Shown here piece after piece: positions 52,123 to 64,000 of a stretch of 64,000 nt of DNA (positions are counted from its first letter, which is position 1; every line of letters begins with the position of its first letter). This DNA is from Eledone cirrhosa (Eukaryota), in NCBI GenBank assembly GCA_964016885.1, contig OZ024743.1, positions 86,676,001 through 86,740,000 of the forward strand. The letters run 5' to 3'. The position numbers and the translations under genes are program-made. Below the pieces are notes generated by a model. The model did no database searches, had not been told where the DNA came from, and saw nothing but the letters and a program-made list of their open reading frames with translations.

Positions 52123-52260
52123 GGCTCCTACAAGATGCCAGCTTCCAAGATTGATATTGGTGCTGCAATTGTCCCCCCTGGAGATTACAAGGCCACAGTG
52201 GTATTGGATCACACCAAAGCATTTGCCGGCTGTTTAAATATTTCTCTCAGCATTCAATAG
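52123..52260 (+). CDS. GM2A: GM2 ganglioside activator-like, coding exon 4
   Basis: CTCTCTTTTTCCTACAG| acceptor; GSYKMP...PPGDYKA...AGCLNISLSIQ* (GM2A GTYSLP...GNYR...GCIKI). The spliced product is 205 aa with 8 Cys in the mature domain. Confidence 0.93.
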   Translation, partial: GSYKMPASKIDIGAAIVPPGDYKATVVLDHTKAFAGCLNISLSIQ

Positions 52261-52368
52261 GTAATTCCAAACATATCTGTTCTTTGTTCTGTTTGATATT
52301 TTTTATCTAATTAATTAAATTGAATTATTTATAATAAAATGTAGTTTGCTTGAAGCATTGTATATAAT

Positions 52369-52829
52369 ATATAATGTAGAAAATGATATAAGGCTTCTTC
52401 TTATCGTGTCCACACTTATAACTGTTGTTTGTAGTGGTGATAGGATTAGCAGTATCTTATCAATACTGCCAAGGCTGCGGTGTGGATGCTCCTATCTTGA
52501 CCCTGATATAAAGCTAAACAATGCAAAATGGACTGTAAGATTAGGTAACGAAAAAGTAAGTTACCTGGTAATCTTTGTATTTTTTTCTGTTGCTGTTGTT
52601 TCTTTCATAAATTTAATCCCAAAGAGAAGGAGCTGGAATATTTTTCTGAGAGTTCCTTATAATCTAAAGAAGGGAATTTTAAGTCCCAAAATATTAGGAC
52701 GAAAGAAACAACAGCAACAAAAAAAACAACAAAACAAAATAAAGATTACCAGGTAACTTACTTTTTCCTTACATCCATCTTACAGTCCATTTCTCATTGT
52801 TTAGCCTTATATCACTTTCCACATTATAT
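52369..52829. repeat. Inverted repeat / MITE-like element
   Basis: 52504-52577 pairs with 52741-52813; the outer ATATAATGTAGAAAATGATATAAGGCT pairs with 52803-52829. Confidence 0.8.
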
Positions 52830-52849
52830 ATTTATGCTTTTACAAGAAA

Positions 52850-53800
52850 CCATTCAATGTAGGATTTGGACTCCACCAAGGGTGTGTACTGTCACCTCTC
52901 CTGTTAATTATTTTCATGAACAGGATTGACATGCACAGCCAGGTTGGAAGTGGTATATAAAATAAAGGGTCCTTAACTGGCAGGTGTAAAATCAGTTGGC
53001 TGGGATTTGCCGATCATATGGTATTACTTAACTCAACAGAAGGCAATCTCTGACTTGCACTTGATAGGTTTGATGCCGAGTGCTGCATGGCTGGAATGAA
53101 AATCAGTGCTGCGAAAACTGAGACACTCATCCTCTCAAGGAAGCCTGCTCAGTGCACTCTACATGTGAATGGAGTTCCAGTGAAGCAAGTGGAGAAGTTC
53201 AAGTATCTCGGGGCCTTGTTCACAAGTGATGGAAGGCAGGAGGCTGAATTAAGTGCAAGAATTGCAAAAGCTGGAGCAGTAATGTGCCAGCTCCAGCATT
53301 CAGTAATCAGAAGAAGGGAGTAGGTGTAAAAGCCAAACTCACTTGGTAGTCATGCCAACACATACCTATGGTCATGAATCTTGGGTAATGATTGAAAGAA
53401 TATGATTACGAATACAAGTGGCTGAAATAGGGTTCCTCTGAAGGGTCTTTGGAGTAATGTTACTTGAGAGTGTGGAGCTCGGAGATCAGAGAGTCACTCT
53501 AGGTAAAGCCCCTACTTTTCTGAATTAAGAGATCTCAGCTCTGGTACTATGGGCATGTGGTTAGAATGTCTCAGGACAGATTTTATGGACAAAACCAATT
53601 GTCTGGAGACCCAGGTGTAGGTCCTGAGCAAGATGGTTGGATAACATCCATGAGTTCAGCTGATTTTGCTTGGGGATCCCTCCAGGTCAGTTGAAAATGG
53701 TTGCTTCTGACAGGACCCGCTTGAAGGAGTGTTTGAGGATTCTGTCCCAATGACTCTCTCAGGAATAAGTGGGTGAAGAAAAAGATGTGTTTACAAGTGT
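52850..53800 (+). mobile_element. Expander/Rex3-like RTE remnant
   Basis: GLHQGCVLSPLL, FADH, AGMKISAAKTETLILSRK...QVEKFKYLGALFTSDG, TYGHESWVM, YYGHVVRM; several stops. Confidence 0.85.
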
Positions 53801-54004
53801 GCAGGGTGGTCATTATGGCCAAATATGTAGCTGCTTAGGGCATAGACCTCAAAGGGGCGCATTACTGGTGCTGGTAGGCGTGATATTGGTGGTGGGGATG
53901 GTGGTGATGATGATGATGATTGTTGTGGAGATGATGGTGGTGGTGGTGATGATGATAATAATTGTGTATGATGTTTATATATATCTGTTCTTCTATTTCT
54001 ACAG

Positions 54005-54135
54005 GAGATATGTTGCTTGTCGCACTACATTCCAAACTAGCAGTGTATTTTATATACAGACATTTTATTTGAAAGAAAGCTTTCATGATTTATACTTTTA
54101 TAATAAATAAAATAACAATTTCTTACATTAAAAGA
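54005..54135 (+). other. GM2A: Putative non-coding terminal (3'UTR) exon of GM2A
   Basis: Donor TAG|GTAATT right after the stop (52261); acceptor TTCTTCTATTTCTACAG| at 54004; AATAAA at 54102 and 54106, then a T/GT-rich tract. Confidence 0.5.
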
Positions 54136-54607
54136 CATTGTTTTACCAGATTCATTTTTGTCTCTCTTTCACTCTCTTCCTCTGTCCTCTCACTCTCTCC
54201 CACTATCTTTTCTCTCTCTGTCTGTCTGTCTGTCTCTGTTTCTCTCCCACTGTCTTTTGACTGACTCTGTCTGTCTCTCTCTGTCTGTCTGCCTGCCTGC
54301 CTGCCTCTCTCTCTCTCTCTCCACACACATTGACGTATTCCTCTCCTTTTTACCACAACATTACTGGTCCTAGTCTGATATAATAACTGGGAGGTTAAGT
54401 TGTTGGACCAGTGAGTACATCATTATGAGTTCAGATCCCTCCCCATTTCATTATAGTTCATTCCCCATCAGCCTAATGTTCTCTTGAAGCCCTAATTTCT
54501 CATCTAAATTTCGAGTTCACCTTTCTCTGTAAGCTGTTAAATCTCAAGCAATTACTAAAAAAAACATAATTGAACCTCACCAAGGTTTTATTTTATTCTT
54601 AGGAATT

Positions 54608-54940
54608 ACTCTCATGTCTTGAATAGTCGTCCTCCACCCCGCTTATTAATTTTTCAGATTCTCCACCCACTTTTATTCCCTCCCCCACTCATTAAATTTT
54701 GCTAATCTATCTCTGGCAAAATTTTATTGTAAGTGATTCATATTGACACAGCAGCTGGAGAATCTAATGATAATTTTATTTTACATTAAAAAACATTATA
54801 TATGACAAAAAAAGAACATTACAAGAAATCCCATATTTATGAATGTACACTACACACTCCCTTCTCCACCGCTTATAAGAATTTAAGCAAATATCTCCGC
54901 TCCCGTTTATCCCTCCCCCCCATTATTGGGACCCAAGAGT
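54608..54940. mobile_element. MITE, same family as 28351-28661
   Basis: TA-CTCTC...GGGACCCAAGAG-TA; shares ATTAAATTTTGCTAATCTATCTC.GGC.AAATTTTATT in opposite orientation. Confidence 0.7.
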
Positions 54941-55684
54941 ATCTGTTGATCCCTAAGCTATAGTGTACCCTCACAGCTAGTTCCTAATTTATATTCTTGT
55001 TATCCTTGCAACATTTTCACAACTTAATGTGAAACTCAAAAGTTTGGTTAACACCAGACTAACTCTGGAAACATGTGACCAGGCTGTGTTACCCAAATGA
55101 TTCATGGTCTTCGGCCTTCCTAAATACTTATCTCTAGCCATAAACCCTGCTTTCATCCCTGCTTATTCCCCTGCAGTGGGTAATATTCTCTCTTTTTCAA
55201 CATGAACTAGCTCCAACAGGAAGATGGATGAAGCTCTACTACAGTGGAGGATAGATTGAAGTAGAGAATCTGGGACAATTTTCAATCGAAATACATTTTC
55301 AATCACCTCTTTGATCTACCCAGTGAATATTCAAAGTGTCCCCTATTTTCTGCGAGTGCCAATTTTTCTGGGGATTGGGTTGATGTCTGTGGCCAACATC
55401 GGTGGCCAATTTAGTGTGGATGAGGTCTGCATTTCCATCACCCTCAGATTCAGGACTGATCTCTGTTGGGGATTGAAATGTCAATGTGACAAGCCCCCTT
55501 GATTCCATGAGTCTTCATTGTAGGTTTCACCTGAGATTTTTAGAGTTAGGTGTTGCTGGAGGCTAAAGTATTTTCTGACTCTGAGAAAAAAGCAAAAAAA
55601 AAACAAACTTCAATACACATGCACACACATGTGTCATGACTCATACATTGTTCACTTTCCTGATTTTTGTACATTATTTTATAT

Positions 55685-55997
55685 GGCAGTATCGGTAGAG
55701 GGTCGGACGCCATGCTTTCCAGCATAGTTACGTCCCTTTACGATCTGAGTTCAAATCCCGCCGAGGTTGACTTTGCCTTTCATCCTTACGGGGTCGATAA
55801 AATAAAGTACCAGTAATGCACTGGGTAATTGCTGGCCTTGTGCCTAAAATAGAAACAATTATTTTATATGGTAGTATTTGTAGAGGGTCGGACGCCATGC
55901 TTTGCAGCATAGTTATGGCCCTTTATGGCCCGAGTTCAAATCTCGTCGAGGTTAACTTTGCCTTTCATCCTTACGGGGTCGATAAAATAAAATACCA
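55685..55997 (+). mobile_element. Two tandem Nin/Deu-domain SINEs; the second is interrupted by an RTE
   Basis: Copies at 55685-55862 and 55870-55997; the tail of the second resumes at about 57284. Confidence 0.8.
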
Positions 55998-57283
55998 GAA
56001 GAAGAAATTCCAAACTTGGAAGCATGGCCTAGATTCAAAAGGCCTTAAAATTAACTTGTCTAAGACTAAAGTTCTAGTATGTAGGAAGGAAAATAGGGCA
56101 CTGGACCCTTCTGGGAAATAGCCTTGCTCAGTGTGTAGGAAAGGAGTAGGCAGAAACTCCATTTTATGTCCCAAATGCAAAGTATGGGTGCATACAAATT
56201 GTAGTGGGATCACAGGTAAGCTAACTAAGAATATAGATTTTATATGTGGCCGGTGCTCAAGTGCACTAAGTAGCAGCAAGTGCCCACAGAATACTAGCTC
56301 ATTCCATTGCACAGATGGTTCTATAGAAATAGTGGACACCTTCCGTTACCTGGGTGACAAAATCAGCAGTGGTGGAGGGTGCTCTGAAAGTACAGTAGTC
56401 AGAACGGGATGGAAAAAGTTCAGAGAGCTTATACCACTATTGGCCGCTAAAGGTTTCTCCCTAAAAATGAAAGGCAGGCTGTATGATGCCTGCATACGAA
56501 TAGCAATGTTACATGGCAGTGAGACTTGGGCATTGTGTGCAGAGGATATGCGCAGACTGGAGAGGAACGAAGCTTGCATGCTCCGCTGGATGTGTAATAG
56601 TAATATACGTGAACGGCAAAGCATAAATGAACTAAGTGAGAAATTAGGAATAAGAGGGATCAGATGCTGTTTACTCGAGAGAAGACTATGTTGGTATGGT
56701 CACGTGATGCGCATGAAAGATGACAGCTGTATAAAAAAGTGCAAGGCGATTAAAATAGACGGAAGCTATGGAGTAGGTATACCCAGAAAAACCTGGGACG
56801 ATTCGATAAATTCTGACCTTACACACCTACACCTCTCCAAGACAATGTAACTGGACCGAGATCTTTGGCGCTACGCAGTAATACAGAAGACCCTCCTTTC
56901 CTAAGTACAAAGCGAAACCTACAGTCAGTAGGCTCCTCCTAACCAAAAATACACCCCCACCCCACTACCCTTACCCCCACCCCCACCTACACCTAAAGTT
57001 ATGTTGGTGCCACAACATCCAGTCCTAAATAAATGAGGTCGTATCGGTGTCACGACAAAAAAAAAACACAGCCCACGCTGTAATGTGGCCGTGTAGGTCA
57101 CACGTAAAAACCTCCCAGTCCACACTGTAAACGTGGTTGGTGTTAGGAAGGGCATCTAGCCGTAGAAAACCCGCCAGACAGTCCTATATGAGCAAGACAA
57201 CCAATCTTGCGTCACGTGGGACAACTCCCGTCTAAACCTATGCTAGCGCGGAAGATAGACGTTAAACGACGATGATAATGATG
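55998..57283 (+). mobile_element. RTE LINE 3' fragment with PHD-like cluster and 3'UTR
   Basis: Colinear with 40970-42239; stops at about 56118 and 56848. Confidence 0.92.
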
Positions 57284-57327
57284 GGTAATGTGCTAAAAGT
57301 AGAAACAATTATTATTATTTCATGTGA

Positions 57328-57983
57328 ATTGGCAGTATCGGTAGAGGGTCAGACGCCATGCGTTCTAGCATAGTTATGTCCCTTTATGATTTGAGTTCAA
57401 ATCCCGCCGAGGTTAACTTTGCCTTTCATCCTTACGGGGTCGATAAAATAGAGTACCAGTAATGTACTGAGAAATTTGCTGGCCTTGTGCCAAAAAGTAG
57501 AAACAATTATTTCATGGATTGTCATGTTGACTAATTGTGAGTTATTTTCCTTATCACGTCAATTTGAATTGAATAATGATTTATAATTTATGCACAATTC
57601 CAGCAAGTTAGGGGAGGGGGGGGGGGGGAGTTTATTTTATTTACCACCGAAAGGATGAAATGCAGAATTGACCTCGACAGGATTTGAACAAAGACTGCTA
57701 AGCATTTCATCGAATGTGCTAACATTTCTTTTAATCTGCCGCCCTTATTATTAGCTTAATCTAATAATGGTTTCTACTTTAGGCACAAGGCCAACAATTT
57801 TAAGGGAGGGGGGAAGTCGATTAAATCAAACCCTATACGTTACTGGTACTTTATTTCATCGACCCCATAAAGATGAAAGGTAAAGCTAATCTCGGTGGGA
57901 TTTGAACTCAGATCGTAAAGGGGCGTAACTCTATGCCGCAAAGCATGGTGTCCGACGCTCTACCGATACTGCTAATCTACCGT
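57328..57983. mobile_element. Cluster of Nin/Deu-domain SINEs
   Basis: + copy at 57328-57511; - copies at about 57580-57745 and 57762-57983; another - copy at about 58580-58737. Confidence 0.75.
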
Positions 57984-58969
57984 CCTAGTCGAACCTAATA
58001 ATAAAACGGGTCCAAGTCAGAGTCAGTATATCCTAAATACTGGAGGCAGCCGGATTGTCTAGGGTCGATGGGAAGAGATTTTTTGATGTCATATGTATGA
58101 CGTTGCTGTCAGCGTTTCTTTCGCTCCTTCTTACCTCCCCTCCTATTTTATCTCCCCTGAATAGGCATTATTTGAGAGTTACTTCCCTTGGAGTTTCTTG
58201 CTTTGATGTTTTCGTTTAATTCAAATTATCGAATTTATCGATAGAGCGGCCGGTCCACAGCTCAGGACTCATTGGACTTATATTCGATCAGCACAGGGTC
58301 GAACCCTTATCAAGAGCCCTCATTTCTCAACCGTTCATTTTCATCGGCTATAGAGCTGTACCATCGGTATCGGGTTGTCGAACGAAAACTGGCGGCTGTT
58401 TCATTAGTTCAATAAACATATTTCCGCGGACTCTGTATATATGGACCCGTAACACCAGATGGAGTCGCAGGGCACCTTAGGATATACGGCGTGTGTTGGG
58501 AATCTCTCTCTCCAGGTCTAAACACAGCTGATTTATTTCAGGAGGGAGAGAGAGAGCGAGGAAGTAAGAAAGAGATATAGAGGCAGATTCGACCCCATTA
58601 CTGAACTGGTACTTTTTTTTATTGACCTCGAAAGGATGAAAGTCAAAGTTGATGCGGCTGGGATCTAAACTCAGAGCACAGAGAGCCAGAATGAATACAG
58701 CAAAGCATTCTATCAGACGTCCAAAGGATTCTGCCAATTGTAGTGATATCAATTAAAGGTATTAATGTCTTAGATATGTTTTTTTTACTTGATCTTATTT
58801 GATCCTATTTACTATTTTGTCAGAAAGCAATGGACGGGGGAGGAATGTGAGATCAAATACTAATTACATTAAATAGTATCTTATCAAGTACGTGTGTGTT
58901 TTGATGTTCTCTCTCTCTCTTTCATTCACTGTCTCTGTCTCTCTCAATCTCCCCCATCTCTCACTATTA

Positions 58970-59200
58970 TATGTAAATGGGAGCCCACGTTTCTCCGGAG
59001 GATGGTGAAGGAGACGCGTTGGAAGAGCCATTCCAATTCGCGAGGCTCACACCTGCGGGTAGCCAAATCCTTGCCGATGGTGTGGTTCTAGGGCCAAGGA
59101 CACCAGAAGCCTCCATGGTCGCTGACAAACTCGAGTATTACTTTGTTCAAAATATAAGCACACGCCTAAGTCAATTGACTGCGGCCTTGCTGTAACACTG
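58970..59200 (-). mobile_element. CRE-like endonuclease C-terminal remnant
   Basis: MEASGVLGPRT / EPRELEWLFQRVSFTILRRNVGS on the minus strand with a frameshift. Confidence 0.65.
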
Positions 59201-59547
59201 CATTTTCAAGACTTATTCTAGTCGAACAGCTAAGTCATGGGTCACAAACAGTGAAGACACAGGTTTCGTATACTAAATTTCACCCACAAGGCATTGGTCA
59301 ACCCAAGGTACCACGCAATGGTTACGAAACGAACTTCTTAACCACACAACCATGCCAGCGCCTATTTTACTCCGGTTTTAAGACTACATCACAAAGTGTA
59401 TTCTTGTTCTCTCAGCCGTTAGGGTGTGATTTGAGTATGATATTGCTACTATTTTTAGCAGCTTGAACGTAGAGGTTCCGAATTTACGTCTTTCCAGAAT
59501 TGTCTCCCTTGCAGTATTCATTTCATGCTGCTAGTCTTTTTTTTAAG

Positions 59548-59937
59548 GAATAGGCTGCGTAGCCGATCATGGCAAAATAGATAAATATGTTTTTAAAGCA
59601 TATTTTACCGGTGGCATGTAACTCTAGCCAGGCTCCCGGAAGCTTATTTTACCACTAAATAATAGTGTTTTAGAACCCAGGTGGTGACTACTATCTTTAA
59701 CCCAGGTCGTGACTTTCTGCTAAAATTCTTAATTTTGAAAATATTTGAAAATATTCTTAAGCCATGGATTTCAGTAGATGTGTGTGCAACGTTCGTTTAT
59801 AATAAAATGATGACTAAATGATTTCAAATTGTCTTAATAATTATCTTAACTTGGGCCGCAACTCATGGTGCCTGACACTCTTACCGGCTAAATAGCATGG
59901 GAGTCTATTTTACCGGGATTGGCTACATAGCCTCTTC
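59548..59937. mobile_element. MITE with imperfect TIRs of about 30 bp
   Basis: AGGCTGCGTAGCCGATCATGGCAAAATAGA versus the reverse complement of TCTATTTTACCGGGATTGGCTACATAGCCT. Confidence 0.7.
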
Positions 59938-60064
59938 TTTTTTTAATTTTATTAAGACTAGTACGCAGGCGGTGGATTGGCAGAATCGTTAGAACGTCAG
60001 ACAAAACACTTTGTGCCATATAGTTACAGTTCATTACGTGCTGAGTTTAAATCCCGCTAAGTTA

Positions 60065-60670
60065 TACTGTATCTTTTTGAATTTCATGTCTAACACCCGT
60101 GGAGACTCGTGTACAGAAAACACTACAGCTCTCATGACCTTCGGAAACCTCTTTTTACGCTCAGAGATGCTGCAGCATGGAACAAACTACCTGCATCAGT
60201 TGTTAGTTATTGGGAGATTGCATCCTTTAAAACTTCCATGCTTCCCAAAATTCGCCAACACTTCACCTGATATTCCACCACCAGACACATGCACACATAA
60301 GTGTGGTGTTGAATGTGTGTGTGTGTGTATGTGTGTGTGTATGTCATGTCTTATACATTGTTCACTTTCCTAACATTTCTACATTATTCTATATACTATA
60401 AGGTCGATTAGCAGTATCGGTAGAGAGTCAGACGCCATGCTTTCCAGCATGGTTACGTCCCTTTACGGTCTGAGTTCAAATCCCGCCGAGGTTGACTTTG
60501 CCTTTCATCCTTACGGGGTCGATAAAATAAAGTACCAGTAATGTACTGGGGTAATTGCTGGCCTTGTGCCTAAAAATAAAAACAATTATTCTATATACTA
60601 TACATGTACCTTTGATGAGTTGTAGTGTACCTGAGCACTGTACACAATCATTTTCATTATTATTATTATA
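60065..60670 (+). mobile_element. CR1 LINE 3' end, interrupted by a Nin SINE (60401-60590) with 18-bp TSD
   Basis: SNTRG...FTLRDAAAWNKLPASVVS...SFKTS; ATTATTCTATATACTATA at 60383-60400 and 60585-60602. Confidence 0.8.
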
Positions 60671-60677
60671 TAGTATC

Positions 60678-60872
60678 GGGCGGTGGTATGGCAGTATCGG
60701 TAAGGGTCGGACGCCATGCTTTGCAACATAGAGTTACCTCCCTTTATGATCTGAGTTCAAATCCCACCGAGGTTAACTTTGCCTTTAATCCTTACGGGGT
60801 CGATAAAAGAAAGTACCTGTAATACATTGGGGTAATTGCTGACCTTGTGCCTAAATCAGAAACCATTATTAT
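60678..60872 (+). mobile_element. Nin/Deu-domain SINE
   Basis: Full head, domain and (ATT)n tail. Confidence 0.8.
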
Positions 60873-60946
60873 TATATATTATCTTTCATCCATTCGAAGT
60901 CGATAAATAAAGTACCAGTCAAGTATTGTGATCGATATAATCGATA

Positions 60947-61565
60947 TGGTGGTGGTGGTGGTGGCGGTGTTGATTGTGGTGTTGGTTGTGGTGTTGTTGG
61001 TGGTGTTGTTGGTGGCGGTGGTGGTGGTAGTGGTAGTGGTGGGGGTGTTGGTGGCGGTGGTGGTGTGATGGTGGCGGTGGTGGTGTTGGTGTGGTGAAGG
61101 TGTTGTTGGTGGTGTTGGTGGCGATGGGGGTGGTGGTGCTGGTGGCAGTAGTAGTGGTAGTGGTTGTGTTGGTGGTGGTTGTGATGGTATTGGTGGTGTT
61201 GGTAGCGGTGGTGGTGGCAGTAGCAGTGATAGTGGTGGTGGTGTTGGTGGTGGTTGTGGTGTTGTTGATGGTGTTGGTGGGCGTGGTGGCGGTAGTAGTG
61301 GTGGTGTTGGTGTTGGTGGTGGCGTTGGTGGAGGTTATGGGTGGTAGTGGTGGCGGTGGTTGTAGTAATGGGGGTAGTTGTTGTTGTGGTGGTGGTGGTG
61401 GTAGTAGTAGTGGTGATCGTAGTGGTAGTATCGGTGGTGGTGGTGGTTTATGGTGGAGGTTATGGTGGTGGTAGTGGCGTGGTGGCAGTGGTGGTGTCGG
61501 TGTCGGTGGCGGTGGTGGTGTTCATGTGTGTGGTGGTGGTGGGGGTGACGGTGGCGGTGTTCATG
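60947..61565. repeat. Degenerate (GGT)n array
   Basis: Directly visible; a smaller one lies at 53865-53960. Confidence 0.95.
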
Positions 61566-61854
61566 TGTAATGGCTGTTGTTGTATATCTGCAGTGTATGA
61601 ATCAAGATATATTAAACATGGAAGCTATATATAACGTCAACAACATCATGCTGGTCATCTCCATTACGACCTTCAGAAAAAACTACATTCTGGTCGGTGA
61701 TCTTTGATTGGTTCATTCATAAAAATATGTCTGAGGAAGGAGAATGATATCTCTGTAATAGTAGGCGGCACAGTGAAAATAAGATACACACACACACATA
61801 TATATATATATACATACACGCATATATATCTATATATATATCTATATATATATC

Positions 61855-61888
<34 letters not shown>

Positions 61889-62074
61889 TATACACACACA
61901 CACACACATATATATATATACACACACACATATATATATATAGACACACATATACACACACACATATATATATATACACATATATATATATAAACACACA
62001 CACATACATATATATACATACACACTCACACACACACAGATACATACATACACATACATACATATATATACACA

Positions 62075-62156
<82 letters not shown>

Positions 62157-62163
<7 letters not shown>

Positions 62164-62280
62164 TAAAATAACAGATTAAAGTTTAAGCAAAGAATCGTTG
62201 CTTTCACCCTTAACGGGATCTTCTGAAACTCAGAAGATCCCGTTAAGGGTGAAAGCAGCGATCTGTTATTTTAATAAATA
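62157..62280. repeat. Near-perfect palindrome with hammerhead-like arm
   Basis: Inner arms 62194-62226 and 62230-62262 (one mismatch, 3-nt loop); outer arms 62157-62176 and 62261-62280. Confidence 0.85.
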
Positions 62281-62916
62281 TTTGCTCTACGGTTCTTATA
62301 TATTTGTTATATATTTATCCTTATCGAGCCCTCTTTGGATTTTAGTCTTCAAATTTATTATTATTACTATATATATATATATGATAAAATGGGGAGAAAA
62401 ATACTGCTGGTAGCACATGGATAACATGTAATAAAATACGGCCTGCCCGCCCAGCCAGTGGGATGGCGTTATCTTATGGCTAAAACAGCACGATGTGCTG
62501 TGACCAGCGGCACCGATTGGCGCCCGACTGACTGGTCGGTCAAGGTGATCAAGGTGATATATATATACACACATACATATATATATATATATACATACAC
62601 ACACATACATATATACACTCACACACACAGATACATACATACACACATACACACATACACACACATACACACATACATATGTAGATATATGCACACACAG
62701 ATACATACACACACATACATATGTATTTATATTTATATATATATACACACACATACACACACACATACATACATACCTATATACACACACACATACATAC
62801 CCACATACATATATATGCACACACACATACATGTACACTCATACATATATATACACACACAAACACACACACATACACCCACACACATACATAATACATA
62901 TATATATATACTTGCA

Positions 62917-64000
62917 TGGTGGCTGCCAACTCGTTTTCGAGTACGGCCACTACTTTATATCCATCTATGAGAACCCCTACCGATGCGCTGAACGAGTGTG
63001 ACTTTTTAGTCCAGCCAGTGACTTGAAAACTCTGGTAGAAACACTACACTTGTGACAATTATTGACACATAGTGCTTTACCTTTGGTACCATGTGACGAC
63101 AAGTGCAGAGAGATCTCCAGATACAAAGCAATGCCTGTGCCGTGAAGCTTTTATAGTGAGAAAAAGCACTGCACAAAGCCAGTCCCACTCTCTTAACCAT
63201 ACATATATACATATATACATACATATATACATACTTGCATACATACATACATACCTGCATACACACGTATATTTATACGTATATTCACACATATATACAT
63301 ACACATACATACATGCATACACACATGATGGCTGCTCCCTCGTTATCGAGTATGACCATTGCACGTTATACCATTATTAATAATTATTAACTAATTCTAT
63401 CGTGCAATGCCTGTGCGTGAAGATATTTTTTAAAGTTAGGAAAGACTGTGCACTGAGCCAACCCCACTCTCTGGGCGACAGTAGCTACAACGCGAACAGA
63501 AGAAAAGATCAACATCATCGGTAACTACTGAGCCGCAAGTTTTATATCGGAGTTATCCCAGTTTCCTGAGTTGCCTTCTCCCAGAAGAATGCCCTGACAA
63601 AGGCTAGGGGTCCTTTACTCCCAGTGGTTTAACCGCGCGACTTTTTCTATGTCACCGCGCATATACATACACATGCACCCATGCATATATACATATACAT
63701 TCATATGTACATGTGTATATACATATTTACACACTTTTGGATGGCCGTTGACTCTTATGAGTTCTTCCGCCCTTTGTCAGGTTTTATTTTTTGTCCTGCA
63801 GGGTGTCCAAAATCACCCTCCTCACCAAGTAAACTTGGTGGGGTTGCCGGTTTAGTCGCCGAAGACCCGACCATACGACAGGTTGTACTGGGTTACATGT
63901 TACCAGTAGCACTCAAGAGTGACCCGACATATACATACTTATACACACACATACATACATGGTGGCTGCCGACTCGTTTTCGAGTACGGCCACTACTTTA
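62917..64000 (-). mobile_element. Three head-to-tail copies of the bipartite RTE derivative in (TATG)n
   Basis: 62917-63199 (3' half), about 63325-63928 (diverged, with 5' end) and 63960-64000 (3' end) match 33537-34154 in reverse. Confidence 0.75.

Noticed and set aside
60947-61634. Val/Gly-rich membrane-protein-like ORFs
   Set aside because: They are translations of a degenerate (GGT)n microsatellite.

Overview
AT-rich, repeat-dense animal DNA. The SINE/LINE repertoire points to an octopod cephalopod (inferred from repeat motifs only). One well-supported protein-coding gene is present: a four-coding-exon GM2 ganglioside activator (ML-domain) gene on + at 29314-52260 (205 aa), with a probable 3'UTR intron directly after the stop codon. 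There is also a candidate intronless 199-aa coiled-coil ORF at 5704-6303. The rest is decayed non-LTR retrotransposons (RTE with a PHD finger, Expander/Rex3-like RTE, Tx1/L1, CR1, CRE, R4/Dong), tRNA-headed SINEs, MITEs, and large tandem arrays: 8.4 kb of AAC-derived 63/66-mer, 2.1 kb of 48-mer, and about 4.6 kb of TA/TATG/TGCA. The most striking unannotated signal is a set of minimal type I hammerhead ribozyme motifs of the Penelope-like kind. Five lie within 2.4-5.3 kb, one at 18.3 kb, and two near-perfect palindromes at 43.7 and 62.2 kb fold back at a hammerhead-like core. Also notable are a microsatellite-embedded bipartite RTE derivative with a possible HDV-like 5' ribozyme, and a minisatellite apparently born from the RTE 3'UTR. 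All alignments and folds were done by eye, and repeat boundaries are approximate.
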